Below are positions 21,048 to 30,726 of a stretch of DNA of 64,000 nt, one piece after another. The DNA is from a virus. The position numbers were made by a program, and so were the translations under genes. How positions within the stretch are numbered: the first letter of the stretch is position 1; every line of letters starts with the position of its first letter. The stretch spans positions 25,994-89,993 of IMG/VR virus record IMGVR_UViG_3300017950_000006; one strand, given 5' to 3'. The notes under the pieces were generated by a model. That model did no database searches, was not told the DNA's origin, and saw nothing but the letters and a program-made list of their open reading frames with translations.

Positions 21048-22403
21048 ATGGCAGACATATCCAAATTTCTTAACAACTTAGCCAGTGGTGCTCTCAACCC
21101 TAAAGGCAATCTTGCAGACTTTCAACATGGCGCAAGATTATATGTTGATGATAATTTTAAATTTGCTCCAAAGCAAAAATTCCTTTATCATGTTGCATTT
21201 AATATTAATCCTCAAGCATCAGCAATTATTCCACAGTTAACACAAAAGCATAGTAATACAATTAATATGCTTGTAAAAAGTGTAGACTTGCCTAAGTTTG
21301 ATATTACTACTGAAGTCAAACACGCATATAATAGAAAACGTGTTTTACAAAAACGTATTGACTATAGTCCATGTAATGTTACATTCCATGATGACAATTA
21401 TGGATTAACAACAGCGATGTGGGAAGCATACTATAGATATTATTACAGAGATGGTAACTATGCATCAGTTGATCAAGCAGGTAATCCTGAACAAACAGCA
21501 ACAGCATACAACAGAGGAAACATATACGGAACAGATGCACAAAATAAATTTCGTTATGGTTTTGATAATGACAGTTATAGCCCATTCTTTAACAGTATTA
21601 TTGTATATCAAATGTCAAGGAAAAGATATACAGCATATACGCTAGTTAATCCGATAATTCAAAGTTGGCAACACGATACTATGGATCAGTCTGTAAGTGA
21701 TCCTGTACAAAGTACTATGTCAATTCAATTTGAAACAGTTTGGTATTCGCGAGGTCCAGTGTCAAAAGGGTCAGCACCAAAAGGATTTGCAACAGAACAT
21801 TACGACCAAACTCCAAGTCCACTAACATTGGCTGGTGGAGGAACATCAAGTTTATTCGGTGTTGGAGGAGTTGCGTCTGGTACCGCTGATGTATTTGATG
21901 ATATTACTAGTGGCAGAGCATTTAGTTCTCCGGGGGCACTATTAGGTACAGTATTAAAAGCAGGTAATATTGCTAAAAATGTCAAGTCTTTAAGTAAAGA
22001 CGGTTTAAGACAAGAAGGATTTCAAATTTTAAAAGGAGCGTTAGGAGACATAAGTGGTGCACCAGTTGGCGGCGTTGCAAATTCATTGTTTCCAAAGTCA
22101 GCAGGCAATGGAGGATTGAACAATGTTGTTACAGCAATCGCAGGAGTAAGTGCAGTTGCTAAAATTGCTTCACTAGCACAAACAACTAGTTTATCAGATG
22201 CTAAAGCGGCTCTCGAAGCAAATCCAGATGCATTAGCAGACTTAACAAAGTCAACAACATTTAAAAAGACACACCTAGCAGGAGGAGGCGATCCTAGTGT
22301 CAATGCTATTAATAATGCATGGGAAACTACTAGTGCCTCATTTAAGACTGCTCAGAATAATGAAACGTTAAATAACTTAGGAAACATAATTAAAGGTGCA
22401 TAA
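21048..22403 (+). CDS. Tail-tube-related baseplate protein (gp54/gp48-like)
   Basis: Tube-like N domain (LVKSVDLPKF, TFHDD, W.HD.MD); follows the tube gene; TAAATA-N5-ATG start. Confidence 0.55.
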   Translation: MADISKFLNNLASGALNPKGNLADFQHGARLYVDDNFKFAPKQKFLYHVAFNINPQASAIIPQLTQKHSNTINMLVKSVDLPKFDITTEVKHAYNRKRVLQKRIDYSPCNVTFHDDNYGLTTAMWEAYYRYYYRDGNYASVDQAGNPEQTATAYNRGNIYGTDAQNKFRYGFDNDSYSPFFNSIIVYQMSRKRYTAYTLVNPIIQSWQHDTMDQSVSDPVQSTMSIQFETVWYSRGPVSKGSAPKGFATEHYDQTPSPLTLAGGGTSSLFGVGGVASGTADVFDDITSGRAFSSPGALLGTVLKAGNIAKNVKSLSKDGLRQEGFQILKGALGDISGAPVGGVANSLFPKSAGNGGLNNVVTAIAGVSAVAKIASLAQTTSLSDAKAALEANPDALADLTKSTTFKKTHLAGGGDPSVNAINNAWETTSASFKTAQNNETLNNLGNIIKGA

Positions 22404-22771
22404 TGGCTAGTAACTTACCAAAGACACAATCAAGAGACAGCGCAAGTGAAGTAAAGCAATTTTATAATCAGTATTTTACTGACTTTATTAATTTTCCTTC
22501 AAATGATGTTGACGCAGTAATTGGATTTTTTGAAAATAGAGGATTTAGTAAAACAGGCGCCATTGCAGTTGGAACTGTGCTACTCCAACAAGCAAAGTTA
22601 GACGGTATTAAAGTTTTTGAATTATTAGATACATTAAAGCAAACTGATCAAGTACAATTAAGCAGTGTAGTTACAGAAGTATTAAACTACAATAGAGAAA
22701 AAATTTCTACACTAGGTTATAAAGTTGATAATACTTCAAATAGAATCGAAGCACGAAACATAGAGGTGTAG
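22403..22771 (+). CDS. Hypothetical protein
   Basis: 122-aa ORF translationally coupled (TAATG) within the structural operon. Confidence 0.6.
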   Translation: MASNLPKTQSRDSASEVKQFYNQYFTDFINFPSNDVDAVIGFFENRGFSKTGAIAVGTVLLQQAKLDGIKVFELLDTLKQTDQVQLSSVVTEVLNYNREKISTLGYKVDNTSNRIEARNIEV

Positions 22772-22772
22772 C

Positions 22773-23213
22773 ATGGCTAAATTTGCCCAAGGGCGATATA
22801 ACCTCAAAAATCCAGACAAATACGTAGGACGCAAAACACCACTATATAGAAGTAGTTGGGAATTTGCTTTTATGAAGTTCTGTGATGAAAATCCCAATGT
22901 TGCTAAGTGGGCCAGTGAAGCAGTTAAGATACCTTATCTTAATCCGTTAACAGGTAAACACACAGTTTATGTTCCAGACTTCTTTATTGCATATGCAGAT
23001 AAGAATGGCAAACAACGTGCAGAAGTAATTGAAGTAAAACCGGATAATCAAACTACACTTGAAAGTGCAGGACGTAATAAGTATAAACAAGCACAAGTAG
23101 TACTTAATATGGCTAAATGGGAAGCCGCTAGAGCATGGTGTAGAGATAAAGGACTATTTTTTAGAGTAATTACTGAAAAGGATATGTTCCATCAAGGAAC
23201 ACGTAAAGGCTAA
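22773..23213 (+). CDS. Head completion nuclease (T4 gp4-like, TnsA-like PD-(D/E)XK)
   Basis: NPDKYVG, YRSSWE, WASE, Y.PDF, IEVKP and N.AKW.AA motifs. Confidence 0.85.
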   Translation: MAKFAQGRYNLKNPDKYVGRKTPLYRSSWEFAFMKFCDENPNVAKWASEAVKIPYLNPLTGKHTVYVPDFFIAYADKNGKQRAEVIEVKPDNQTTLESAGRNKYKQAQVVLNMAKWEAARAWCRDKGLFFRVITEKDMFHQGTRKG

Positions 23214-23243
23214 ATAATAGTAGCATATAATGGATTTTAAGTT

Positions 23244-23735
23244 ATGAAGAAACTAGAAGAATTGCTTAATTTGCCCGAGTCTAAAGAAATTGTAGACGAA
23301 GCAAAATCTGAAGCAAAAGCAGAAGCAAAAACGGCTGTTATTGAACGTGAAGAAACACAGCGTAGTATTGCTGAATTAGATAAGATTAGTTCTGCACTTC
23401 CACAAGTTAAAGGCCTAGGAGAAATGGCTGATAAAGAACTTAATGAAGTTGCAGATAAAGCCATGCAAGCATACGAAGATCTAATGGACTTGGGTATGAA
23501 TGTAGAAAGCCGTTATAGTGGTAGAGTTTTTGAAGTAGCCGGCGGTATGCTTAAAACTAGTTTAGATGCTAAAGTTGCTAAGTTAGATAAGAAACTTAAA
23601 ATGGTAGAATTGCAACTTAAAAAAGAAAAACAAGATAAAGACGGTGGAAACGACGATGATCTAGTTTCAGGTGAAGGATATGTAGTTGCAGACCGAAATA
23701 GTTTACTTGAAAAATTGAAAAACATGGATAAATAA
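23244..23735 (+). CDS. Putative terminase small subunit
   Basis: Helical 163-aa protein with R.FEVA..ML and C-terminal DRN.LL; lies upstream of terL. Confidence 0.5.
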   Translation: MKKLEELLNLPESKEIVDEAKSEAKAEAKTAVIEREETQRSIAELDKISSALPQVKGLGEMADKELNEVADKAMQAYEDLMDLGMNVESRYSGRVFEVAGGMLKTSLDAKVAKLDKKLKMVELQLKKEKQDKDGGNDDDLVSGEGYVVADRNSLLEKLKNMDK

Positions 23736-23755
23736 CATTGTAATAGGAAACGGAT

Positions 23756-24322
23756 ATGAAATTATACAGCGAATATTTAACAGAAGCATACAACAATAAA
23801 ACTTACGAGTTTAAGATTGGTGTTGCTGGCGACAACGATGGTGTTGCAGATAAACTTGAAATGTGTCTTAAAAAGTTTGGAGTTACAAATATTACTCCAG
23901 GCAAAAAAACACCAATTCAAGAACGCCCACTAGATTTTCCACAGTTGCAAAACGAAGAAGTAACTTATTACGAAGCAACTATTACATATCCAACACACGC
24001 TGAAGCATTACAAGAGTATCTAGGTTATAATATTGGTAAATCACAATCACACATTATGGTACGCAATATGAATGCTCCACAAGAAGTTTATCAAGAGATT
24101 AACGATGCACCATATGAAATAAAACTTACTAAAGAAGATATGGGCGGCGAATCAGCACAAGAAAATGTTGGAAACAACAGAGTTATGGATTTGCTTAAAG
24201 AGTTAGAAACTGCTCGTAAAGAACACGAGTACGATCCAACTGCTACTGCAAAGACTATTACATCAGACCAACCAAAAACAGAAATGACTGACGTTAAGTC
24301 TAAAAGTCCAATAGGGAGTTAA
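23756..24322 (+). CDS. Hypothetical protein, possibly an internal head protein
   Basis: MKLYSEYLTE N-terminus resembles T4-type capsid-targeting/cleavage leaders; late promoter at 23729. Confidence 0.5.
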   Translation: MKLYSEYLTEAYNNKTYEFKIGVAGDNDGVADKLEMCLKKFGVTNITPGKKTPIQERPLDFPQLQNEEVTYYEATITYPTHAEALQEYLGYNIGKSQSHIMVRNMNAPQEVYQEINDAPYEIKLTKEDMGGESAQENVGNNRVMDLLKELETARKEHEYDPTATAKTITSDQPKTEMTDVKSKSPIGS

Positions 24323-24324
24323 TT

Positions 24325-25125
24325 ATGAGATTAGATGACATTTACAAAAAGATTCAGCAATTGGACGAGGCGATGAATGAAGCCGCTTCTGCTTCGATTA
24401 ATATGTCAGGCGACAATGCTGAGGACGTTATAAAATTAATGAATGCACTTAAAGGTGGTTCGGGCGCAGATTCAATTGACAGTATTCCAACTGCAATTAA
24501 GAAACCAGTTGCACCTATGCCTGTTATGGGTCCACCAGATATGAGCGACGACATGGCTAAGTTAAGAGACATTGTAGACGGTCCAAAAGATAGAGATCAA
24601 TTGAAGCCGGGCATACAGGGAGAACCATGTAAGATTTGCGGTAAAGATCATTTAGGCAATTCAGGATGTGGAGAAGATATTGAAACAAGTGAAGGCGCTG
24701 GCGTAAGTTTAGATCAAGCACGTGAATACTTTTTTGATAAGCATGACTTTGCTGATGAAAATGTTCAAGGCGAATATGACGAAATGGCAAGCAAAATGTC
24801 TCCAGAAGATGCTGAGACACTTAAAAAAGAACTTGAAGAATTTTATCCTGATGTTACTTTTGAAGGTTATGCTAACGAGCCAGATGAAAGTTATCAAGAT
24901 CAGCATTATATGACTAAAGATTTATCAGGCGGTAGTGAACAAGGTCAAAAGAAATCATATCCAAAAGCGGCTGGCGGAGATAATCCAATGGCACTAGAGG
25001 CTGAAATTGCAAAAAGTTTAGCGGCACAGTTAAAAACATTTATGTCTGAAGGTAAAGGCTGTGAATGTAATGACGGCGGCTCATGTGATTGCGACGATAG
25101 TTGCGAAGATTGTAGTTGTAAATAG
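24325..25125 (+). CDS. Acidic hypothetical protein with Cys-rich C-terminus
   Basis: 266 aa, very acidic, ending GCECNDGGSCDCDDSCEDCSCK. Confidence 0.55.
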   Translation: MRLDDIYKKIQQLDEAMNEAASASINMSGDNAEDVIKLMNALKGGSGADSIDSIPTAIKKPVAPMPVMGPPDMSDDMAKLRDIVDGPKDRDQLKPGIQGEPCKICGKDHLGNSGCGEDIETSEGAGVSLDQAREYFFDKHDFADENVQGEYDEMASKMSPEDAETLKKELEEFYPDVTFEGYANEPDESYQDQHYMTKDLSGGSEQGQKKSYPKAAGGDNPMALEAEIAKSLAAQLKTFMSEGKGCECNDGGSCDCDDSCEDCSCK

Positions 25126-25144
25126 TTTACTCAAAGGCTATTTC

Positions 25145-25172
25145 AAATAGGGCCTCCGGGCCCTATTTTTTT
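25145..25172 (+). terminator. Rho-independent terminator
   Basis: AAATAGGGCC-TCCG-GGCCCTATTT plus T-run; UNCG loop. Confidence 0.9.
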
Positions 25173-25186
25173 GAGTAAATACTAGT

Positions 25187-26779
25187 ATGGCAAACAAAAG
25201 TTTAGACGGTGTACTAACTAAGAAAGCACACCAAAAAGAAAAGTTTACACAAGTACAGATTGAGGATTTGGCTAACTGTATGGATCCTGAATCGGGGTAT
25301 CTATATTTTGCTAGGAAGTTCTTCTATATTCAACATCCTGTAAAAGGTAAAGTGTTGTTTGAACCTTATGATTATCAAACACGACTACTTTCAAGTTATC
25401 ACGATCATCGATTTAATATTAATATGTTACCTAGACAGAGCGGAAAGACTACTACTGCCGCAGGATATCTATTATGGTATGCAATGTTTCATCCAGACCA
25501 AACAATTCTAATTGCCGCTCACAAATATACAGGTGCCCAAGAAATTATGCAACGTATTAGATACGGATATGAACTGTGTCCTGATCACATACGTGCTGGA
25601 GTTGTTAACTATAATAAAGGGTCAATGGAATTTGAAAATGGATCACGTATTGTAGCACAAACAACCACAGGCAACACAGGACGTGGTATGAGTATCTCAT
25701 TACTATACTGTGACGAGTTTGCGTTTGTGCAACCTAACATTGCTACAGACTTTTGGACTTCGATATCACCTACACTAGCAACTGGTGGTCGTGCTATTAT
25801 TACAAGCACACCAAACTCAGACGAAGATACATTTGCTATTATTTGGAAAGAATCTCAAAACAAATTTGATGAACACGGCAACGAACAACAAGTAGGTATT
25901 AATGGTTTCCATGGGTTTACTGCATCCTGGGACGAACATCCTGATCGAGATGATGAATGGAAGAAAACTGAATTAGGACGTATCGGAGAAGAAAGATTCC
26001 GTCGTGAGTATGGTTGTGAATTCTTAGTATTTGATGAAACACTAATTAATTCAATTAAACTTGCGTCAATGGAAGGTAACGATCCAATTGAGAATATGGG
26101 CCAAATACGTTGGTATAAAAAATTAGATCCAACACAAACTTACACAATTAGTTTAGATCCTGCTATGGGCACAGGCGGTGATTACTCTGCTATCCAAGTG
26201 TTTGAAGTTCCTTCATACAAACAAGTTGCAGAATGGAGACACAACACAACTCCTATTACTGGGCAAGTTAGAATACTAAAAGAAATTTGTGACTATATTA
26301 AAGAAACAACTAGGAATAATACTGCTAGTAACATTTATTGGAGTATAGAAAATAACACAATTGGAGAAGCGGCTTTAATTGTTGTTCAGGATATTGGCGA
26401 AGAAAATATACCAGGGCTATTTGTAAGTGAACCTATGCGTAAAGGACACGTTAGAAAATTCCGTAAAGGATTTAATACTACCCATGCTACTAAAATTAGT
26501 GCTTGTGCTAAATTAAAGAGTATGGTAGAATCAGATCTTATGACGATTAACAGTAAAGCATTAATATCAGAACTTAAAGGATTTGTAGCAAGTGGAACAA
26601 GTTTTAAAGCAAAGCCGGGTGAAACTGACGATTTAATCAGTGCAACACTACTGGCATTAAGAATGATGAAAGTTTTAAAGGACTGGGATCCTAGAGTGTA
26701 CAATACATTTAAGCAAGATCACGTAGATGGAGAGGATTATGAGCCGCCGATGCCAATTTTTGTATCTTCCGGCTTCTAG
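25187..26779 (+). CDS. Terminase large subunit (gp17-like)
   Basis: PRQSGKTT Walker A, LLYCDEFAF Walker B, ITSTPN, F.REY.CEF, DPAMG.GGDYS and DDL nuclease motifs. Confidence 0.95.
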   Translation: MANKSLDGVLTKKAHQKEKFTQVQIEDLANCMDPESGYLYFARKFFYIQHPVKGKVLFEPYDYQTRLLSSYHDHRFNINMLPRQSGKTTTAAGYLLWYAMFHPDQTILIAAHKYTGAQEIMQRIRYGYELCPDHIRAGVVNYNKGSMEFENGSRIVAQTTTGNTGRGMSISLLYCDEFAFVQPNIATDFWTSISPTLATGGRAIITSTPNSDEDTFAIIWKESQNKFDEHGNEQQVGINGFHGFTASWDEHPDRDDEWKKTELGRIGEERFRREYGCEFLVFDETLINSIKLASMEGNDPIENMGQIRWYKKLDPTQTYTISLDPAMGTGGDYSAIQVFEVPSYKQVAEWRHNTTPITGQVRILKEICDYIKETTRNNTASNIYWSIENNTIGEAALIVVQDIGEENIPGLFVSEPMRKGHVRKFRKGFNTTHATKISACAKLKSMVESDLMTINSKALISELKGFVASGTSFKAKPGETDDLISATLLALRMMKVLKDWDPRVYNTFKQDHVDGEDYEPPMPIFVSSGF

Positions 26780-26791
26780 ATAAATACTAAT

Positions 26792-29563
26792 ATGTTAAAC
26801 TTAGACAAAATTGCAGAAGAACTTTTTAATAAGATTAGAGGTCGTTATCCTAAAGTAACACTAGGAGACGAAAACTCTCTTATTACAAATGTGCCAAATA
26901 AAGCACGATTTTTTGATTTTGAGTTTAGTAAAGGAAATAAAGTAAATATTACTGTTGACGAAAAATCAGTAACTGTACTATATAATAACAAATTACTATC
27001 AGATGACAGCAAAATTCAAAAAGAAGACTGGTATGGTTTTATGAAAGAATTAAGAGTTTTTGCTAAAAAGCGTATGCTTAATTTTGATACTCGAGATATT
27101 ACTAAAACAAACTTAGATAAAAGAGATTATCAGTACATAGCAACAAATAGACCCGGAGAAGAAAAAATGAGTGAAAGTAAGATGTATGGAACTAGTAGAA
27201 CTAGTTTCCAAGATTTAGGAAATGCTAGACTTGTAGTCAAGCATAGAAATGCAGTTGATCAAGAAAATCCTGCAGGACGTACACAACAAATTGATAGCAT
27301 TTATATTGAAAGCAGTGAGGGTGAAAGATTTAAATATCCTTACAGACATCTCAACGGTGCAAGAGCAATGGCTATGCACGTTTCAGAAGGTGGCAATGCA
27401 TATGACACATTTGGTAAGCACATCGTATCACTCAGCGAAGAACTTAGCAAACTACGTCAATTCAAAACTTATATGAATCGTTCAAGTGTAATGGCTGAGG
27501 GTCTTGCTGGTTACATGGACATTGTTAATGAAAGAATTGACACTGTTAAAGAAACAGTTTTTAAATTACAAAGACAAAATTATTACAAAGAAGCATTTGA
27601 ATCATTTGAAGAAACAGTAATGGAAGAAGTACCAACTGACGTAAGTTCAAACTGGATTGATGAATTAACTATTCGTCAATTTAATGAAGAACTAAAAAGT
27701 GTATTCCCTTACATTTATAATCTTGTTAAAGAAAATACAAAACCTACACAGATTGGTCCGGAAGATTTGTTAGGCGAAGAAAAATTAGATTTTAGTGACA
27801 AGAATAAAGAACTATCTATGTGGCTGGCAAAGTATGACGAATACACCGGCGGCAATGGTGATGGATTACCTATGGGCTGGATCAAAGCCATGACATCAAC
27901 TGGGATTGTAAGTGATGGATATGAGCAAGACGAACTTATAGCATTTGAAAAGAAAATTGGCAAAGAAGAATCCGAGTGGGAAGATGCAGAATGGGATGAA
28001 TTTAGAAAGCCTGAAAATTCTCCAATCACTTCAAAAATGTTTGCAGACTTAGCAAAGATTATCGGCACAGACGATCATGATGAAGATGTTGCTCGTGCTG
28101 TCAGCGATGCATTAAGTATCGGCGAAGGTGAAACAAATAAAGCAGACAGCATGAACATGGAAGAAGCAGATGATGGTAAGAAAGAACAACTCCAGGCATG
28201 GTATGAAAAGTATAACCAATATGACCCTGCAGACATCGGTAGTTTAGCAGACGGTATGTTTAAGTTCTTTCAAGATTCGGGTGTGGATTTAGACACAGTC
28301 GAAAAAAGTGAATACGATGCACTCGTAGCAAAACACGGCGAAGACAAAATAGAAGGTAATGCCTTGAGATTTTTAAGTGATGAGGATACACCTATCACTA
28401 AAGCAATGTTCGACGAGTTTGAAAGAATAATGGGCGAACCTGCAGATGAAGAAAGTTCAGAAAAAGCGGTATCATTGCTGGGACTGGATGAAGGTATGAA
28501 CATGGAAGATGCATATGCTTCACACTTAGACAATATAGTTGCTACATCAAAACACGAGCAAGGTCCAGAACAAAACGAAGGCTCAGTACCTAACTACCTT
28601 GACAGCGAATGGAAAGATAAGTTAGCGGCTTGTGCTAAAGGTGAAGAAGGCGGTGAAGACGCAGTGTGCGATATGCTGGATAAGTTTGATATTCCAAAAG
28701 ACAAAGCCGGCGATTTAATTCAAAAACAAATTGACAAAAAGTTTAAAGGCATTGGAGTAATGTTTAAAAATCCATTGAAAGCGGATCCTGAATGGGACAA
28801 CCTACAAAAATTAGTTGATCGCTTAAAAGGCAAAAGTATGGGCGAAGGCAACGAATTTGCACAAAAGGTACAAGCACTAAAAGCCAAAGGTGCTAAGCCA
28901 GGAACTAAATTCAAAACATCAGACGGTGAAGAACATACACTCGAAGATGCTATTAGATTAGCAGGACTACAAGTTGAAGACTTTTGGACTGCTGAAGAAT
29001 TAGTATCTGAAAGCGAACTTCCAAAAAGTCCCAAAGTATTAAAACTTGTTATTGATGATTTGAAAAAATTTAAAGCGGAACAAGAAGAAGCAAAAAAACA
29101 AGGCTATGACGAAGATGTAAGAATGATGCAAGGTCGAATTGACGATATGATGGACATTGCAAATCTTATAAAGGATGGTGGTCCTATAGCCGCTTTGGAT
29201 ACATCAGTACAGGACCTTATTGTAGATTACTACGAAAAAGCAGGTGAGCCGTTACCATTTGCAAAAGAAGCAGATGATGACACTATGGATATCAAAATTG
29301 ACAAAGACGGTGCGTTATCAAAAGCAGATGCTCCAGACAAGTTACACGATAAAGAAGAATTACCTTTAGATGAGTTTATCAAAGGACACTTTGATTACAC
29401 TTCTAATCAATTCCCTAAAGGTGAAACTGCGGTCATGACAGCAGTTGAAAAGAAGTATGGTGACGAAGCAATAAAAGATGCTATGAACATCATGAAGGAA
29501 TTGGTTACAAATCAAGATGAAGAGATGGCAAGAATTAAGACTTTAGCGGGTTTGGCTCACTAA
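26792..29563 (+). CDS. Large acidic hypothetical protein with an internal duplication, possibly an internal virion protein
   Basis: 923 aa; TAAATA-N5-ATG start; ~110-aa tandem repeat; two LAGL motifs. Confidence 0.65.
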   Translation: MLNLDKIAEELFNKIRGRYPKVTLGDENSLITNVPNKARFFDFEFSKGNKVNITVDEKSVTVLYNNKLLSDDSKIQKEDWYGFMKELRVFAKKRMLNFDTRDITKTNLDKRDYQYIATNRPGEEKMSESKMYGTSRTSFQDLGNARLVVKHRNAVDQENPAGRTQQIDSIYIESSEGERFKYPYRHLNGARAMAMHVSEGGNAYDTFGKHIVSLSEELSKLRQFKTYMNRSSVMAEGLAGYMDIVNERIDTVKETVFKLQRQNYYKEAFESFEETVMEEVPTDVSSNWIDELTIRQFNEELKSVFPYIYNLVKENTKPTQIGPEDLLGEEKLDFSDKNKELSMWLAKYDEYTGGNGDGLPMGWIKAMTSTGIVSDGYEQDELIAFEKKIGKEESEWEDAEWDEFRKPENSPITSKMFADLAKIIGTDDHDEDVARAVSDALSIGEGETNKADSMNMEEADDGKKEQLQAWYEKYNQYDPADIGSLADGMFKFFQDSGVDLDTVEKSEYDALVAKHGEDKIEGNALRFLSDEDTPITKAMFDEFERIMGEPADEESSEKAVSLLGLDEGMNMEDAYASHLDNIVATSKHEQGPEQNEGSVPNYLDSEWKDKLAACAKGEEGGEDAVCDMLDKFDIPKDKAGDLIQKQIDKKFKGIGVMFKNPLKADPEWDNLQKLVDRLKGKSMGEGNEFAQKVQALKAKGAKPGTKFKTSDGEEHTLEDAIRLAGLQVEDFWTAEELVSESELPKSPKVLKLVIDDLKKFKAEQEEAKKQGYDEDVRMMQGRIDDMMDIANLIKDGGPIAALDTSVQDLIVDYYEKAGEPLPFAKEADDDTMDIKIDKDGALSKADAPDKLHDKEELPLDEFIKGHFDYTSNQFPKGETAVMTAVEKKYGDEAIKDAMNIMKELVTNQDEEMARIKTLAGLAH

Positions 29564-29587
29564 GTCACTTTTTTGACAAAGTTTCAC

Positions 29588-29616
29588 TTGACTTTATAAG
29601 TAAGTTTGTGTATTAT
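29588..29616 (+). promoter_or_regulatory. Sigma70-type promoter
   Basis: TTGACT-17 nt-TATTAT upstream of the gp32 gene. Confidence 0.7.
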
Positions 29617-29685
29617 AGTAAATGTACTGCACAATCTAGGCAATACAATAACAGCCAAAGGCAAATAACATAGGAGGCTTTAATT

Positions 29686-30675
29686 ATGGCAACATTAGCA
29701 GAAATTCGTGCTAAACTAAAAGAACAAGAATCACGCACAGGTGGTTCTAATCAATCAACAAGCGGCGACAACGCCATTTACCCATTTTGGAACTTAAAGG
29801 AAGGCGAGCAGTCAACTGTACGTTTCTTACCTGATGGTGACGAAAATAACACTTTCTTTTGGAAAGAGCGTTTGATGATCAAACTACCTTTCGCAGGTGT
29901 TAAGGGTGAAACAGACTCACGTCCAGTTCAAGTACAAGTACCATGTATGGAAATGTATGGTGAATCTTGTCCAATCCTAAGCGAAGTTCGCGGATGGTTT
30001 AAAGATCCAACTCTAGAAGATATGGGTCGTAAGTATTGGAAAAAGCGTTCATACGTATTCCAAGGTTTTGTAACTGAGAACGGTCTTAATGAAGACAAAA
30101 CTCCAGAAAATCCAATCAGACGTTTTATTATTGGTCCACAAATTTTCCAAATCATTAAGGGTGCATTAATGGATCCTGAAATGGAAGAACTACCAACTGA
30201 TTATACAGCAGGAGTAGACTTTAGACTTATTAAAACTTCTAAAGGCGGCTATGCTGATTACTCAACATCACAATGGTCACGTAGAGAGCGTCCATTAACT
30301 GATGCAGAGATGCAAGCAGTTAACACAAATGGATTGTTTAACATGAGCGACTTTTTACCTAAGAAACCAGGTGAAGTAGAAGTTAAAGTAATGCAAGAAA
30401 TGTTCCAAGCATCAGTTGACGGTGAAGCATATGATCCGGAACGTTGGGGACAGTACTTCCGTCCAGCAGGGATGGCGGCACGTACAGGTGATCCGAATAC
30501 TCAATCATCTGCTCCGACTACACCAGTATCGACAGCACCAGAGGCTACAACTACACCAGTAGTAGAAGCACCTGCGGCGCCAGCACCAGAAGTAGCACCG
30601 GTGTCGGCACCAGCAAGCGATAATGGTAAAGCCGAAGATATCTTGGCAATGATCCGTTCACGTCAAGCACAGTAA
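29686..30675 (+). CDS. Single-stranded DNA-binding protein (gp32-like)
   Basis: VRFLP, C...GESCP, GVDF.L.K..KGGYADY..S.W motifs; Pro/Ala linker; next to UvsX. Confidence 0.85.
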   Translation: MATLAEIRAKLKEQESRTGGSNQSTSGDNAIYPFWNLKEGEQSTVRFLPDGDENNTFFWKERLMIKLPFAGVKGETDSRPVQVQVPCMEMYGESCPILSEVRGWFKDPTLEDMGRKYWKKRSYVFQGFVTENGLNEDKTPENPIRRFIIGPQIFQIIKGALMDPEMEELPTDYTAGVDFRLIKTSKGGYADYSTSQWSRRERPLTDAEMQAVNTNGLFNMSDFLPKKPGEVEVKVMQEMFQASVDGEAYDPERWGQYFRPAGMAARTGDPNTQSSAPTTPVSTAPEATTTPVVEAPAAPAPEVAPVSAPASDNGKAEDILAMIRSRQAQ

Positions 30676-30683
30676 TAATAATT

Positions 30684-30709
30684 AAAGGGTGGCTTCGGTC
30701 ACCCTTTTT
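30684..30709 (+). terminator. Rho-independent terminator
   Basis: AAAGGGTGGC-TTCG-GTCACCCTTT-TT. Confidence 0.9.
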
Positions 30710-30726
30710 ATGCTAAAGGAGAAACC

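Noticed and set aside
25187-26779. Intein or intron in terminase (also checked uvsX, uvsW and the helicase)
   Set aside because: Lengths are ordinary, motifs are contiguous and no splice-junction signatures were seen.
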